Source: Alloascoidea hylecoeti (taxonomy: Eukaryota). From it: a DNA stretch of 64,000 bases. The stretch spans positions 310,001 through 374,000 of the forward strand of contig BCKZ01000003.1 in the NCBI GenBank assembly GCA_001600815.1. Reading direction: 5' to 3'. The number at the start of each line of letters is the position of its first letter. The stretch's first letter is position 1. The position numbers and the translations under genes were made by a program. This document shows, in pieces, positions 10,196 through 21,232 of this stretch. The notes below the pieces were generated by a model. That model did not search any database. It was not told the origin of the DNA and saw nothing but the letters and a program-made list of their open reading frames with translations.

Positions 10196-11896
10196 ATGTC
10201 TGATCATTCGGATTCTATTGACAAGAAAAACTCAGTTGTGAATACTCAAAGTATTCCCAGCGATAGTGAAAATGAAGGCGCTGAATCAACTCAGAACAAA
10301 CAACATGATAATTTTATTTCAAAAGATGGTCAATTAATTATAACAGAAGATATCGCAAAATTAGATAATGTTTTTAAAGATCCGAATGTTTATTCTTATT
10401 ATAAAAATCTTTATGATGGTTGTAATTACGAATGTAGACATTTATTAGACCCTGATTTTGAATGGGATAAAAAAGAAGAAAAAAAAGTTGTTCGAAAATT
10501 AGAATATTATGTTACTTTTTGGGCATGTATGATGTTTATGGCTTTACAAGTTGACAGAGGAAATTTATCTCAAGCATTATCTGATAATATGTTAGATGAT
10601 CTTAATATGATTACAAATGAATATAATTATGGTAATACTATATTTTTTGCAACTTTTTTAAGTGCTGAATTACCTTCACAATTAATTTCAAAAAAAATTG
10701 GTCCTGATAGATGGATTCCAATGCAAATTACTCTATGGTCAATTGTTGCTACTTGTCAATGTGCTATAACTGGTAAAAAATCTTTTTATGCTACAAGAGC
10801 TTTACTTGGTTTATTAGAAGGTGGTTTTATTCCTGATATTGTTTTATGGTTATCATATTTTTATACAAGTGATGAATTACCTGTCAGATTAAGTATTTTT
10901 TGGAGTTGTCAATTTTTAACTACAATTTTTACTTCATTATTAGCATTTGCAATTTTAAGAATGAGAGATGTTGCTGGATTAGAAGGATGGAGATGGCTTT
11001 TCCTTTTAGAAGGTTTATTTACATTAATTATTGGAATTTTTTCATTTTTTAAAATGCCTCCTTCAGCTGTTCAAACTAAAACAAAATGGAGACCAAAAGG
11101 TTGGTTTACTGATAAAGAAGAAAAAATTGTTGTTAATAGAGTTTTAAGAGATGATCCCTCAAAAGGTGATATGAATAATAGGCAACCCATTACACCACTT
11201 GAATTATGGCATTCATTAACAGATTATGATTTATGGCCATTATATATAATTGGTTTAATTGCTTATATTCCAAGTAAACCTTTAACGAATTATTTAACTT
11301 TGGTTTTAAAACAATTAGGTTTTAGTACTTTTGATACAAATTTATTAACAATTCCTTATAATATACTTCATATTATATTATTGATATTTGTTACTAAATT
11401 ATCAGTTGTACTAAATGAAAGATCTTTAACCTCTATATTTCAACCATTATGGATTTTCCCAACAATGGCTGCATTAAGATGGTGGCCAGGTTCAATGGTT
11501 AAAGTATGGCCAACATATATTATTGCCACATTATTACTTGGTGCTCCTTATATTCATGCAATTCTTGTTAGTTGGTGTTCAAAAAATTCAAATACCGTAA
11601 GAGCAAGAACAGTTTCTGCTTCATTATATAATATGATGGTTCAATTAAGTTCAATTATTTCTTCAAATATTTATCGTACTGATGATAAACCATTATATCA
11701 TAGAGGTAATACACAATTATTTATAATAAATATTGTTGTTATTGTTCTTTTAGTTTTAACTAAAATTTATTATATATGGAGAAATAAAACAAGAGATATT
11801 AAATGGAATAATATGAGTCAAAAAGAAAAAGAAGATTATTTAAAAAATACAACTGATAAAGGAAATAAAAGGTTAGATTTTAGATTTTCTCATTAG
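10196..11896 (+). CDS. SOA1: MFS allantoate-permease (Dal5/ACS) family transporter, Soa1-like sulfonate permease
   Basis: LQVDRGNLSQA, AELPSQLISKKIGPDRWIP, GWRWLFLLEG, RVLRDDPSKGDMNNRQ and C-terminal GNKRLDFRFSH. Divergent from JLP1. ATG at 10196. Confidence 0.8.
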   Translation: MSDHSDSIDKKNSVVNTQSIPSDSENEGAESTQNKQHDNFISKDGQLIITEDIAKLDNVFKDPNVYSYYKNLYDGCNYECRHLLDPDFEWDKKEEKKVVRKLEYYVTFWACMMFMALQVDRGNLSQALSDNMLDDLNMITNEYNYGNTIFFATFLSAELPSQLISKKIGPDRWIPMQITLWSIVATCQCAITGKKSFYATRALLGLLEGGFIPDIVLWLSYFYTSDELPVRLSIFWSCQFLTTIFTSLLAFAILRMRDVAGLEGWRWLFLLEGLFTLIIGIFSFFKMPPSAVQTKTKWRPKGWFTDKEEKIVVNRVLRDDPSKGDMNNRQPITPLELWHSLTDYDLWPLYIIGLIAYIPSKPLTNYLTLVLKQLGFSTFDTNLLTIPYNILHIILLIFVTKLSVVLNERSLTSIFQPLWIFPTMAALRWWPGSMVKVWPTYIIATLLLGAPYIHAILVSWCSKNSNTVRARTVSASLYNMMVQLSSIISSNIYRTDDKPLYHRGNTQLFIINIVVIVLLVLTKIYYIWRNKTRDIKWNNMSQKEKEDYLKNTTDKGNKRLDFRFSH

Positions 11897-11973
11897 AAAC
11901 AACAACTTTCTTTATATGCTTATGTATATGTTTAATTTATTTATATATTTATAACATTTAAATCTATAGTTAT

Positions 11974-12957
11974 TTATGGTTTAAAACATACACGAGCTTC
12001 ATTCCTCCATGTAGAATTCCAAACATTTTCAATATCTTTTAATGGAACTACATCAACATTAAAATCAAAATAACCATCAACAATAAGTTTAAGTAATTCT
12101 TTTGAATATCCATTAATTTCTTCATCTGTAAATGGTCCAATTCCACTCCCACAAATGTATAAATTTTGGGATCTTAATGCAGCAGCAGGAAGATTAACAG
12201 TTGCTCCGCCCATTTGACCAATTTGTATCCAAAATAATCTATGATAAGATTTTGAACGAGTTTTAATTAAACTACCAAGTACTAATTTCATAGCATCGCC
12301 CCAAACATAATCAAGTACAATATCAACATCAGAATCTAATTTTTTCAAGGTGTTAATGATATCGACTTCAGTTGAGTTTTTAATATTAATTTTAACATCA
12401 ATTGGTAATTTATTCAATATTTCTTCATTACGACCAAATCCAATGATCTTTTTAGCACCAAAATGACGTGCCACTTGAATTGCCAATTGACCACTAGCAC
12501 CGGTAACCCCTAGAATAGCTACTGTGAAATTTGGAGGTAAAGCATCTAACGAATTAACCCTGCCTGCTAAAGCAAGATAAGCGGATATTGCCGGATTAGC
12601 CAATGCAGCGATCTTTGTATATTTTTCAATGGTTAATCCCATTGGAAGAGGAGCCAAATCTTGTTTATTAACATTCACGTATTCTGAGTAAGGACCATTG
12701 GGAGAATTGAATGTATTGAAATATACATATGAACCATCTTCTAATTGACCTACACCATCAACACCAGGGATCAGGGGTAATTTTTGGCTGGCAGAATAAT
12801 GTTTGCCTGATGCTCTTCCTTTAACAAGATGGTGCAGACCGGATGCAATAACTTTAATTTGGATTTGTTCTGGAGTAGGGTCTTCTAGCTCAAAAGTATC
12901 ATAAACTGGAGTAGCACCGGTTGTTTTAACAACAGCAGCTTTGATTGTTCTTGTCAT
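11974..12957 (-). CDS. Zn-independent MDR, quinone-oxidoreductase-like
   Basis: KAAVV...PVY, LPLIPGVDGVG, GVTGASG nucleotide-binding motif and DIVLDYVWG. Lacks the Zn-binding cysteines. Confidence 0.88.
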   Translation of the reverse strand: MTRTIKAAVVKTTGATPVYDTFELEDPTPEQIQIKVIASGLHHLVKGRASGKHYSASQKLPLIPGVDGVGQLEDGSYVYFNTFNSPNGPYSEYVNVNKQDLAPLPMGLTIEKYTKIAALANPAISAYLALAGRVNSLDALPPNFTVAILGVTGASGQLAIQVARHFGAKKIIGFGRNEEILNKLPIDVKINIKNSTEVDIINTLKKLDSDVDIVLDYVWGDAMKLVLGSLIKTRSKSYHRLFWIQIGQMGGATVNLPAAALRSQNLYICGSGIGPFTDEEINGYSKELLKLIVDGYFDFNVDVVPLKDIENVWNSTWRNEARVCFKP

Positions 12958-13050
12958 TCTTCCAATAATCAGTTGACAGAACTACAAATCCATTGTACTT
13001 GGAGTAACAAAGGACCTTTATACCCATTCGGACATAACGCTCTATAGTGA

Positions 13051-13106
13051 GTGTGGCAAAACCCGGGTGCTCCCGGGGGTGCTCCCGGGTGCTGGTTTTG
13101 CCACAC
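13051..13106. repeat. 13-bp perfect inverted repeat enclosing three CCCGGG(GG)TGCT units
   Basis: GTGTGGCAAAACC (13051-13063) and GGTTTTGCCACAC (13094-13106) read directly from the sequence. Confidence 0.9.
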
Positions 13107-13187
13107 GTAACACGTGGGCCGCAGTTAAAGTGTGGAGCAATGAAAGGTCTACAAGTATACATCCCAACCCAGGCTTTCATATCGACA

Positions 13188-13752
13188 ATGTCAGAACCTC
13201 CCTCGTCTCCAGGTGCCGTCAGCCCATCTTCCTCAAGCCCCACAGATTATTGGAAGGTGGCTCTTAGTTCAGGAGAAACTCCAATTCCTGCCTGGTTACT
13301 GTCGGGGTCTTGTAAGTATCAATTGCATACCTTACTGTTCGACAAATGACAATCGCAATTAATATAGAAATATGTAATAGTGGTTGGCTTAGCCGCAAAG
13401 ACACCAACTCCAGCGAATAATGTCTTAAAAATACGGCCTTCTAAATACGGTGCTTTTGGCTTCGCTGCTGCTTTTGGATTGGGAGGTAAATTTGATAATT
13501 TAATAAATTAATAATGTCAACTAGCTAATAATAACTGTTCAATTGTTGATTCTAGGATTCATTATATTTGATGGTGACAAAGTAAACGGTGCAGGATTCA
13601 ATTGTGCTTGGTCGATTCTTTATTTAATGGCAGCTAGGAAAGGTACCTTTAAACAACTTCATACTATCTATAGACCCGGGATATTTGGACTTGCTTTATT
13701 TAATTCCTTGGTTTATGGAAATAAATTCTTCCTTATTAATGACTCAGCATAA
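13188..13752 (+). CDS. AIM19: Aim19-like mitochondrial membrane protein, 3 exons
   Basis: join(13188..13311,13381..13485,13556..13752), introns GTAAGT..TAG and GTAAAT..TAG with phases preserved. Product includes FAAAFGLGGFIIFDGDKVNGAGFNCAWSILYL. Confidence 0.75.
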
Positions 13753-13879
13753 ATATATAAGATCTTATACATACTTAAACATATACATCAATATAAAAAA
13801 CAATCGAAATATAAATCAATATTGAAAAATAATAAATTAATATTATTGAAGACAAGCATTTATTTTTAAAAAAAACCAC

Positions 13880-15253
13880 TTAAATCAACAACCAAGCAAT
13901 AGACCCAATGATAAGACATCCAATAATTGCTGTAATAATACCAGCACCTGCAAAATCTTTTGTATGCAATTTTAATTTCTTATCAATATATTTTCCTAAA
14001 TCACCTTGATCATTCAAACCAGCAGAATCATTACTTCTAGAAGCATTAGAATGTGCTTCCGTTAATGGACCTGGTCTTTGACCAACTAATAAGTTTTGAA
14101 CAACTTCTAAAGCACTTATTTCTTCAGGTAATCCCCATTTTCCATCATAATATCCAAGATTCCAATTAACACTACATGTATGACCATCTATTCCACCACT
14201 ACATCCTTTTCCAGCTGCAACTGCTGAAGGTTGTAACCAATCCATGATAAAATTATAGTGTTCTGGCATCATAACGGCTGTAACACCTAACATTCTTGAA
14301 AAGATTGCTTTAAAAGTCATTTGATCATTATTACATCCATTTGTTGTAGTTTCACATGCTGCTTCATACATGATGCTATTATTAAAAAAAACTGCTGAAC
14401 TTTCAAGTAAAGAAGAAGCTCTATCGTGCCATGTTTGATTACCAGTTGCATTATATAAAACAGCTGCTCCTGCTAACATTAATCCTTGATTATATGTCCA
14501 TTGTAATTTCGTAATATTACCACAAGCACGAACATTAAAACCATCATAAATAAACATCCATTTATCGTCAACAACACTAATTAAATGAGTATCTGACATC
14601 CAATTCCAAATTTTATCACACCAATCATAATAAGTTTGATTAGATGTATATCTTGCCAATCTTGCACCTAAATGAAATAAACCACCATTTGCAACTGAAT
14701 TTTTATAATCATAACCATTATTAAATTGAAAAATTTGCCATCTTAATCCACCACCACAAGTTTCATTATCCCAACGGGATGACATGGTATGAAATACAGC
14801 TTGTGCTAATGGTGTCCATTGTGGTTGGCCAGCAGGAGGATTTGGAAATGCTTTTTCTGCGGCTGCAATACAAGCAATCCCCCAAAATACTTGATCATCA
14901 TTACCTTCTGAAGTTGAAAAATTTGCAGGCATGTAATCCCAATATTGACCAACTTGATATAATAAAGCCTGTGATGTTATATTAACATAAGTATCATTAT
15001 TCATATAATACCAATAATCAATCATACTACCCCAGGCAACTCCGGCATGCCACCAATAATAAGGAAATACAAATGTTCCTATTGATTGACCATAATCTAA
15101 ACCACTATAATAATCAAGAGCACCATCAGCAAATAATGAAGCAGCATGATGTATAGAATCAAAATTAGTTGGATCGATATCAACTGATAATACAGGATCT
15201 ACCAGTCGTGATATCACCAAAGGCCCGAGAATGGATAAGAAGGAAAACTTCAT
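13880..15253 (-). CDS. GH76 endo-alpha-1,6-mannanase-like GPI-glycan transglycosylase (Dfg5/Dcw1 family)
   Basis: Signal peptide, PYYWW, SEGNDDQ catalytic DD, CGGGLRWQIF, YKNSVANG and C-terminal AGAGIITA hydrophobic tail. Confidence 0.95.
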   Translation of the reverse strand: MKFSFLSILGPLVISRLVDPVLSVDIDPTNFDSIHHAASLFADGALDYYSGLDYGQSIGTFVFPYYWWHAGVAWGSMIDYWYYMNNDTYVNITSQALLYQVGQYWDYMPANFSTSEGNDDQVFWGIACIAAAEKAFPNPPAGQPQWTPLAQAVFHTMSSRWDNETCGGGLRWQIFQFNNGYDYKNSVANGGLFHLGARLARYTSNQTYYDWCDKIWNWMSDTHLISVVDDKWMFIYDGFNVRACGNITKLQWTYNQGLMLAGAAVLYNATGNQTWHDRASSLLESSAVFFNNSIMYEAACETTTNGCNNDQMTFKAIFSRMLGVTAVMMPEHYNFIMDWLQPSAVAAGKGCSGGIDGHTCSVNWNLGYYDGKWGLPEEISALEVVQNLLVGQRPGPLTEAHSNASRSNDSAGLNDQGDLGKYIDKKLKLHTKDFAGAGIITAIIGCLIIGSIAWLLI

Positions 15254-16559
15254 TTAAATTTCGTTGCTTTTTAATATTTTTTATAAAATTATATGATTTA
15301 TTCTTATTATAAACTTGATGTATTTTTTTAGTCTAAGTTATAATAATAATAATCAATAAAGACATGCAATGTACCGAATTTAGATAACGTTGAAAAGACG
15401 AGAAAAAAAAATATTTTTCTTAATAGATTTTGTAATAAGAAGGAGTGGGAAATATTTAATTTTGACCCCGACATACTGTGCCTCCACGGCCGAATGCGAG
15501 AAGCCAACTCTAGCTATATATAGAAATAAGATTCTTCTAAAATTTAAAATAAACATTTTATAGTTTCAAAATTCACATGTATATTCAATTTGATAGGAAT
15601 CTTTATGATAGTTTTTATTATCTTTTATTATTAAAAGAATAAATCATATTGGATGATCTCTTATAATGAGCAAAAAGCATCAATATGAAGTTATTATGAA
15701 CAATACTGATAATGCGCGTTGGTATTGTTAAAGATACGAGACACGTGTCTCAATTTACGATCACAATGGGTCTTTCTTAGGTAAGTTTCTCTTTAATTTC
15801 ATCCATATGATAATTCAATAAATGTTTTCAATTGAAATAATATATGGTCAATTTTGGGCTCATAAAAATAAATATTTATATGTTTACAATTATTTTTCTA
15901 CTGTGTAACACGACAATAAGGGACATTTATAATTATAAGATGATGCATAAGCGGTACAAGGAAAAGTACTAACCTAGAACTAATGCTAGTCTAGAGTTAC
16001 CGAAGACTTAAATTCCATAAACAAGTAGCTAATAATAGTTATTAGTTATAGATAAATGTAACGTGATCGCGATATATAACATCTTGTCCAACTCTCTGAT
16101 TGACTATTTCTGATTGAAAATTTTCGGGGTATAACAGTCTACTGCGATGCAGACAATGGCAGTCGTGATAATACAAAATGTATTTCGGATCAGGCGGGGT
16201 ATTTTAATCTGATTAGTTGACTAATGAATTTTGAGTAGTGAATGTTGGAATAGGTGCTCCCCGTAGTCCCCGTAGTCCCCGCATCCTATTGGAGCAATAC
16301 TAATAGGTGAAAGAGGCGGACAATTGCAAACTGGATAATCATAGAGTGAACGATGTCAAAGTAGTAAATCCTTTGGAAGATAATCAAAAATAAATTAATG
16401 ATTGCAAGCTAATACACGTTTGTCCTTTAATTTTTCTAATTCTATAATGCTTTAGAACCTAACCTGTAAAGAGAAATATGGGCTCGAATAACAAAAAGTA
16501 GCATATACCCATCTTGATCTATATACACAATTATGTTAAAATAAATAACTATATCAGAT

Positions 16560-17864
16560 TTAACTCCAATCTATATATTTTGCCATTGAATCACCTATCC
16601 ACGATATTATTTTAGAATACTCTCCAGAACTCACTGCATTGGCTCCTTCTTGAATTCGTTGTTCCATTGTTTCATCATCATTCAATCTAGTTCGTTTTAT
16701 GTATCGCTTAACAATTGGCCAAAAATATTCAATAGCATTTAAATCAGAACTTTGTCGTGGTAAATATACACAATTGAACTTATTTGATTCAATAACTGCC
16801 TCTATATTACGTTGATTTTCGATTGGTACGTTTTCTTGATCCAATATTATATAACAACCAGTATATTGTTTATCAGATTTTAATTTATCAATTAATGAAT
16901 GAATGAAATTGAGATAATGGGAAGTTGTACCACTTGGAGAATTATCAATTATAACAGATCCATCAGTTAATCTTCGTCTCTTTGTTGAAGAAGGAGCGGG
17001 CCTTTTATATTTCACTTCAAATTGTAATGGACCATTCCCACTGATCGCACCTAAAACTGTTGTTGATGTTGTTTTTAAAATAGGTGCTTTTCCTGGAGAA
17101 TCATTCACTGATTTAGCCCATCGGAAGGATCTCATTAAACTAACAATATATGTAGCTTCACCAACAAAGATACAATTTTTGGATAAATCTAATACCTCAA
17201 TCCATTCTTTAACCCATTCATATCTCTCGTCAGTGATTTCCGGATTATTAAATTTAATAGCTTTTTCTTCAGAATTCGGCAGTTTCAATGATAAATAACA
17301 ATATTCTTTGACAAATTTACTAATACCAGATTTTGAAACATTTAAATCACTATAAGCACTAGTTAATGTACCAAATAATTCATTAATTGTAATTGAAGTA
17401 TCATTATCAATTTCATTAACTAAAAACTTCTCCTGATCATCTGTTAACTTTGGTATACTAGGATGACGACCAGCTTTTGTTTTTTCTTTAGTAAATGCAA
17501 AATCAGGTTGTTTTTCATCTTCTTTTAACCATCTTCTAACTGTTGATAATGGAATTCCAATTTTTAACGCAGCATCTCTTGCAGTCATTGCTCTATTATG
17601 AACTAAGAAGAAAATATCAGATTTATCTTCTGGTTTATACCGTCGATATATTCCTTTATCTGACAATCTTAAATTTGTTTCTGATTCATCAATATCACCA
17701 TCACCAACTTCTACTTCTTTGTTTGATTCATTGAGCAAAGAATTGTCGATGGGGGGTTCATCTGGGTTGGTGTTGGAAATATCAGGATTGCCTGGAGAAG
17801 TTTGAAAGATATTTTGCCGGAGTGGATCTGGAACAGCGATAGCATCGTGAGATCTTTTAGCCAT
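16560..17864 (-). CDS. IS630/Tc1-type transposase-derived protein, copy 1 (HTH + degenerate DDE domain)
   Basis: HTH AMTARDAALKIGIPLSTVRRW, GRHP linker, CIFVGEAT (canonical FxDE), ENVP (DNAP) and YLPRQSSDLNAIEYFW (LPxYSPxLNPIE). No TIR or TSD seen. Confidence 0.88.
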   Translation of the reverse strand: MAKRSHDAIAVPDPLRQNIFQTSPGNPDISNTNPDEPPIDNSLLNESNKEVEVGDGDIDESETNLRLSDKGIYRRYKPEDKSDIFFLVHNRAMTARDAALKIGIPLSTVRRWLKEDEKQPDFAFTKEKTKAGRHPSIPKLTDDQEKFLVNEIDNDTSITINELFGTLTSAYSDLNVSKSGISKFVKEYCYLSLKLPNSEEKAIKFNNPEITDERYEWVKEWIEVLDLSKNCIFVGEATYIVSLMRSFRWAKSVNDSPGKAPILKTTSTTVLGAISGNGPLQFEVKYKRPAPSSTKRRRLTDGSVIIDNSPSGTTSHYLNFIHSLIDKLKSDKQYTGCYIILDQENVPIENQRNIEAVIESNKFNCVYLPRQSSDLNAIEYFWPIVKRYIKRTRLNDDETMEQRIQEGANAVSSGEYSKIISWIGDSMAKYIDWS

Positions 17865-20272
17865 TATTTATCGTAAATATTGAATAGAAGAATTTAAGAC
17901 AGGTATGAAATATATTTCAACTATGTGTATATTCTTTAAACACAAATTTAATATGTTTTATAGGTGTTTAAATTGGTGGTTAAAGTTGGTCACAAAAAGA
18001 ATATTTTGGTACCTTTTAACCGGGAAGTATGGATTAGCTGGAGCAAAGTAATCGACACACCACCGAAAGGTCTTTATTGGCCCCATAGGAAAAAAAGGGG
18101 TGTCATGTGACATAAAATAAAATGAAAAAATAAAAGAAATCAACCCTAAACATCCCTTTTCTCCTTCAAAATTATCAATTTTCCGATATAAATTTACTTA
18201 TATAATCCTCTCAATTCAATATATCATATATATAATTTTCAGAAACGTCTTACAGAAATTTGTCGAGGAATCCACATTTTAAGAAAAATGTATGGATGTT
18301 TAGCCAACTCATCTTTGTTTTCAACTGAAATATCATTAAAATGTTTTACATACATATGATCCTCTCATCTCAATATTTCTTATTTCCAATTTTAATAGAC
18401 AGTTCATGGAGGAATTTAGAGATATTCATGTTTTAACATAATATTTTCATGTAAGGGATTTACCCGTGAGAATATGCCAAACTTCCGAAGTTGATCTAGG
18501 GTATACTGTCTTATTCAACACAATCCGCCTAAAGTTGCTTACGTCTAATCAAATTTGGTATTCAGTTCAACCTCCCATTAGTCTGTTCCATCTATATCTT
18601 TATCATCGTTGCGTAGAGATTTAGTGTAGGTACTAGATACGTATATGCATACTACAGTACTAGATTATAAGAGAGCCATATATTATTTTGCGGAAGGTTA
18701 AATCAAACCACCGTACGATATAGAGGTATTTAATTAACTGACAATGGATATATGATAGATTATAATGAAGAGCAGATCTACATATTGATTGTTTATGGTT
18801 CTATTGGAAGAAGACATCACAGTTCAATCTGTGATCCTAAATTTCATTCAAAAAATTGAGTTTTTAATTGTAAACGTCGATCACTATATTATATGATGAG
18901 GGAAACAAAAATATTGAAAGATTTTGAGCATAATCTTGATCATGAGCCATTCCAGATTCTACTATTAGCGGTATAATAATTGTAATAAATACCTACATGT
19001 AAGCTTATATATCGACCACTAGTATTTGCTATTCACCCATATGTAGATTAATAATTCGGCCACATGATGTAACAACATTCGACCTGTCACCTCACTTAAT
19101 TTAGTCCATTCAGCTAAAATAAACATGTATGTCCACCAAAACATGGTCTCCGTTTTTCAAAAGGGTGTTAAGAGAAATCTTAGCCTAGTATTTACAGTCT
19201 TCGTTTATTTTGATACAGATCCTTTACTTCCGTTATGCACGAGAATCACAATTGAAATGATGTATTTTGTATAGGCATGACAGGCACCATAAGTTTTACG
19301 GTAGTAGATGTAGCACTGTTATATCAAAGGTTATAATTATTAAGATATCATGCTTTAGAAAAAAATAAGTCAACGGTGATCTGTTTCATTTCACTTATAA
19401 AAGTACAACTAGAAAGCTTAAGAAGTATCAAATACTTCAAAATAATGTGAACCTCTCTCTAAATCTAGAGACAACAGAACTGTGATTGTTTCTATTTTTG
19501 TTTAGCTCTTTGTCCAAATGACACTGTAATAGCCAAAGAGAATATATATTTGCAATCTGATCAAGGAATTAGAACTAAAGAAACACAGAACGATCTCCAC
19601 TGAGTTGTCTCTGGAGAAGGTTCATTTGAAACTTCTTTCTAGATTTGAAGCTTACAACCCAAATGAAACAAATAACCAATGACTCATTCTTTTCTAATGA
19701 CTCATTCTTATCTAATGTATCATATCTTAATAATATAAACAGGTACTGTACTGTAAAACTTATTGTACCTACTATATAATATCTCAGCACACCATTCTTT
19801 TGATTCCTGGTAAACCTTTGTCATCGCTTAGTCCTTATCGTCTATCTGAAGATTAACAAATAGCTTTAAAAAATAAAATGCAACGCTCCGCTATCGATTA
19901 ACTGAACTAGTCAGCTTCCAAAACGTCAATCTTTGTGTAGAACATCTTATTTTCTACCTTTCTTCCTTAGGCCAGTTATCAGCATGGTATCTAATATGGA
20001 TGGCAAAAGGTTCGGTGATGATCTACAGATGGGGTAATGTATTTTTTTTAACTTTACAGGTCAGTTGGGAGGAAATCTTAGTCACGGACGAAGTCTTACA
20101 TAAGTAAGACAACAGTGTGGAGACTCAACCCTGCTGGATAAATCCAGGACCCCGGGCAATACCCACTAAAACCCCCCAGATGTTTTCACCATAAGCACTC
20201 TAGTGATGGCTTCCCAGCCAAATGAAAAACGTCTAATAGTCTATTTGGGTGTGCTAATTCCCAAATCTTTTT

Positions 20273-20335
20273 GTCGTGCATCAGAATCGAACCTGGCAAG
20301 AACGATTAAGAGTGGTTGCTAATCAGTATGCACCT
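20273..20335 (-). other. Possible tRNA relic or solitary Pol III B-box
   Basis: Minus strand reads GTGCA...AACCA-CTCTTAA-TCGTT-CTTG-CCAGGTTCGATTCTGA-TGCAC: B-box, CTT anticodon-like loop and partial acceptor pairing, but no proper D arm. Confidence 0.3.
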
Positions 20336-20396
20336 AGATTATGTAAGAAACTATATTAGTATTACATAAGACAATATAAATATATTACATAATCTC

Positions 20397-20468
20397 GGCC
20401 GTGTGGTCTAGTGGTATGATACTCGCTTTGGGTGCGAGTGGCCCTGGGTTCAATTCCCAGCTCGGCCC
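20397..20468 (+). tRNA. tRNA-Pro(UGG), intronless
   Basis: GGCCGTGTGGTCTAGTGGTATGATACTCGCTTTGGGTGCGAGTGGCCCTGGGTTCAATTCCCAGCTCGGCCC, 72 nt cloverleaf, followed by a T-run terminator. Confidence 0.97.
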
Positions 20469-21232
20469 GTTATTTTTTAAAAGTGGCTTAATTTTTGTTG
20501 TAAAGTTAAAAAGCATCATGTTTTCAATAATCAAACAAAAACGACAAATTTCTTACACTTCTTAGGTTAAGATATAAGTTTGGATGACTTGATATGCCCA
20601 ACGTACAAAGATACTAAAATAATTCAAAATCTAAGCCTAATTTTAGAGATTTTATGGGTAAACAGAAGATTCAACTCGTGATCTCAAAATAGACTCAGAT
20701 GCTATTGTTCATTTAGCAAATATTTAACGACGGAATCTAATTCTTAGATATAAATAAATACAAACCAGACATTGTTGTACCATCAAGGTATAACACTTTT
20801 AAATAATTCTATACGTACATTTTAACCTTTTTATAGATCTTTATAATTTATAATAAAATGATAAAGTAAAAAAAAAAAAAATTCACTTCTAACTTTAATC
20901 ATAATGAAAGAAAAGAATTAATATTAAGAGCGGTAACAGTATTTTTGGTTAGAAAATATTACCAACAGGAGAATAGTATATCAGGATTACAGTGGGCCAA
21001 AATGATTGATATCTATTATTAGTATTGATAGAGTAAAAGGAATGGAGGCAATAATACTATAGAAAGTAACATTACTCAAAAAAGAGTGAACCTATAACAT
21101 TTATAATAGGAATTTTTGCCTAGTATTAGGTCTTTTTATTTTCACAAATTTTTTGGTTGTTATGAAGATAGTATTTAGAGATATAGTAAGTTTAATATAG
21201 AGCCTTAATGGCCACTTGAAGAAAAAAAAATA

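Noticed and set aside
12926..13349. 105-aa, 100-aa and 66-aa ORFs across the MDR/AIM19 promoter
   Set aside because: Explained by the GC-rich palindrome and AIM19 exon 1; no independent coding signal.
16258..16284. TCCCCGTAG x3 short repeat (also AAGTCAAGATCTTG x2 near 6171 and an 18-bp duplication near 19680)
   Set aside because: Short local slippage duplications with no further structure.
16560..17864. Active autonomous Tc1/IS630 transposons (also 39216-40481 and 41660-42961)
   Set aside because: First catalytic Asp is Gly and second is Glu in every copy, no flanking TIR/TSD is visible, and the copies are too diverged for recent transposition.
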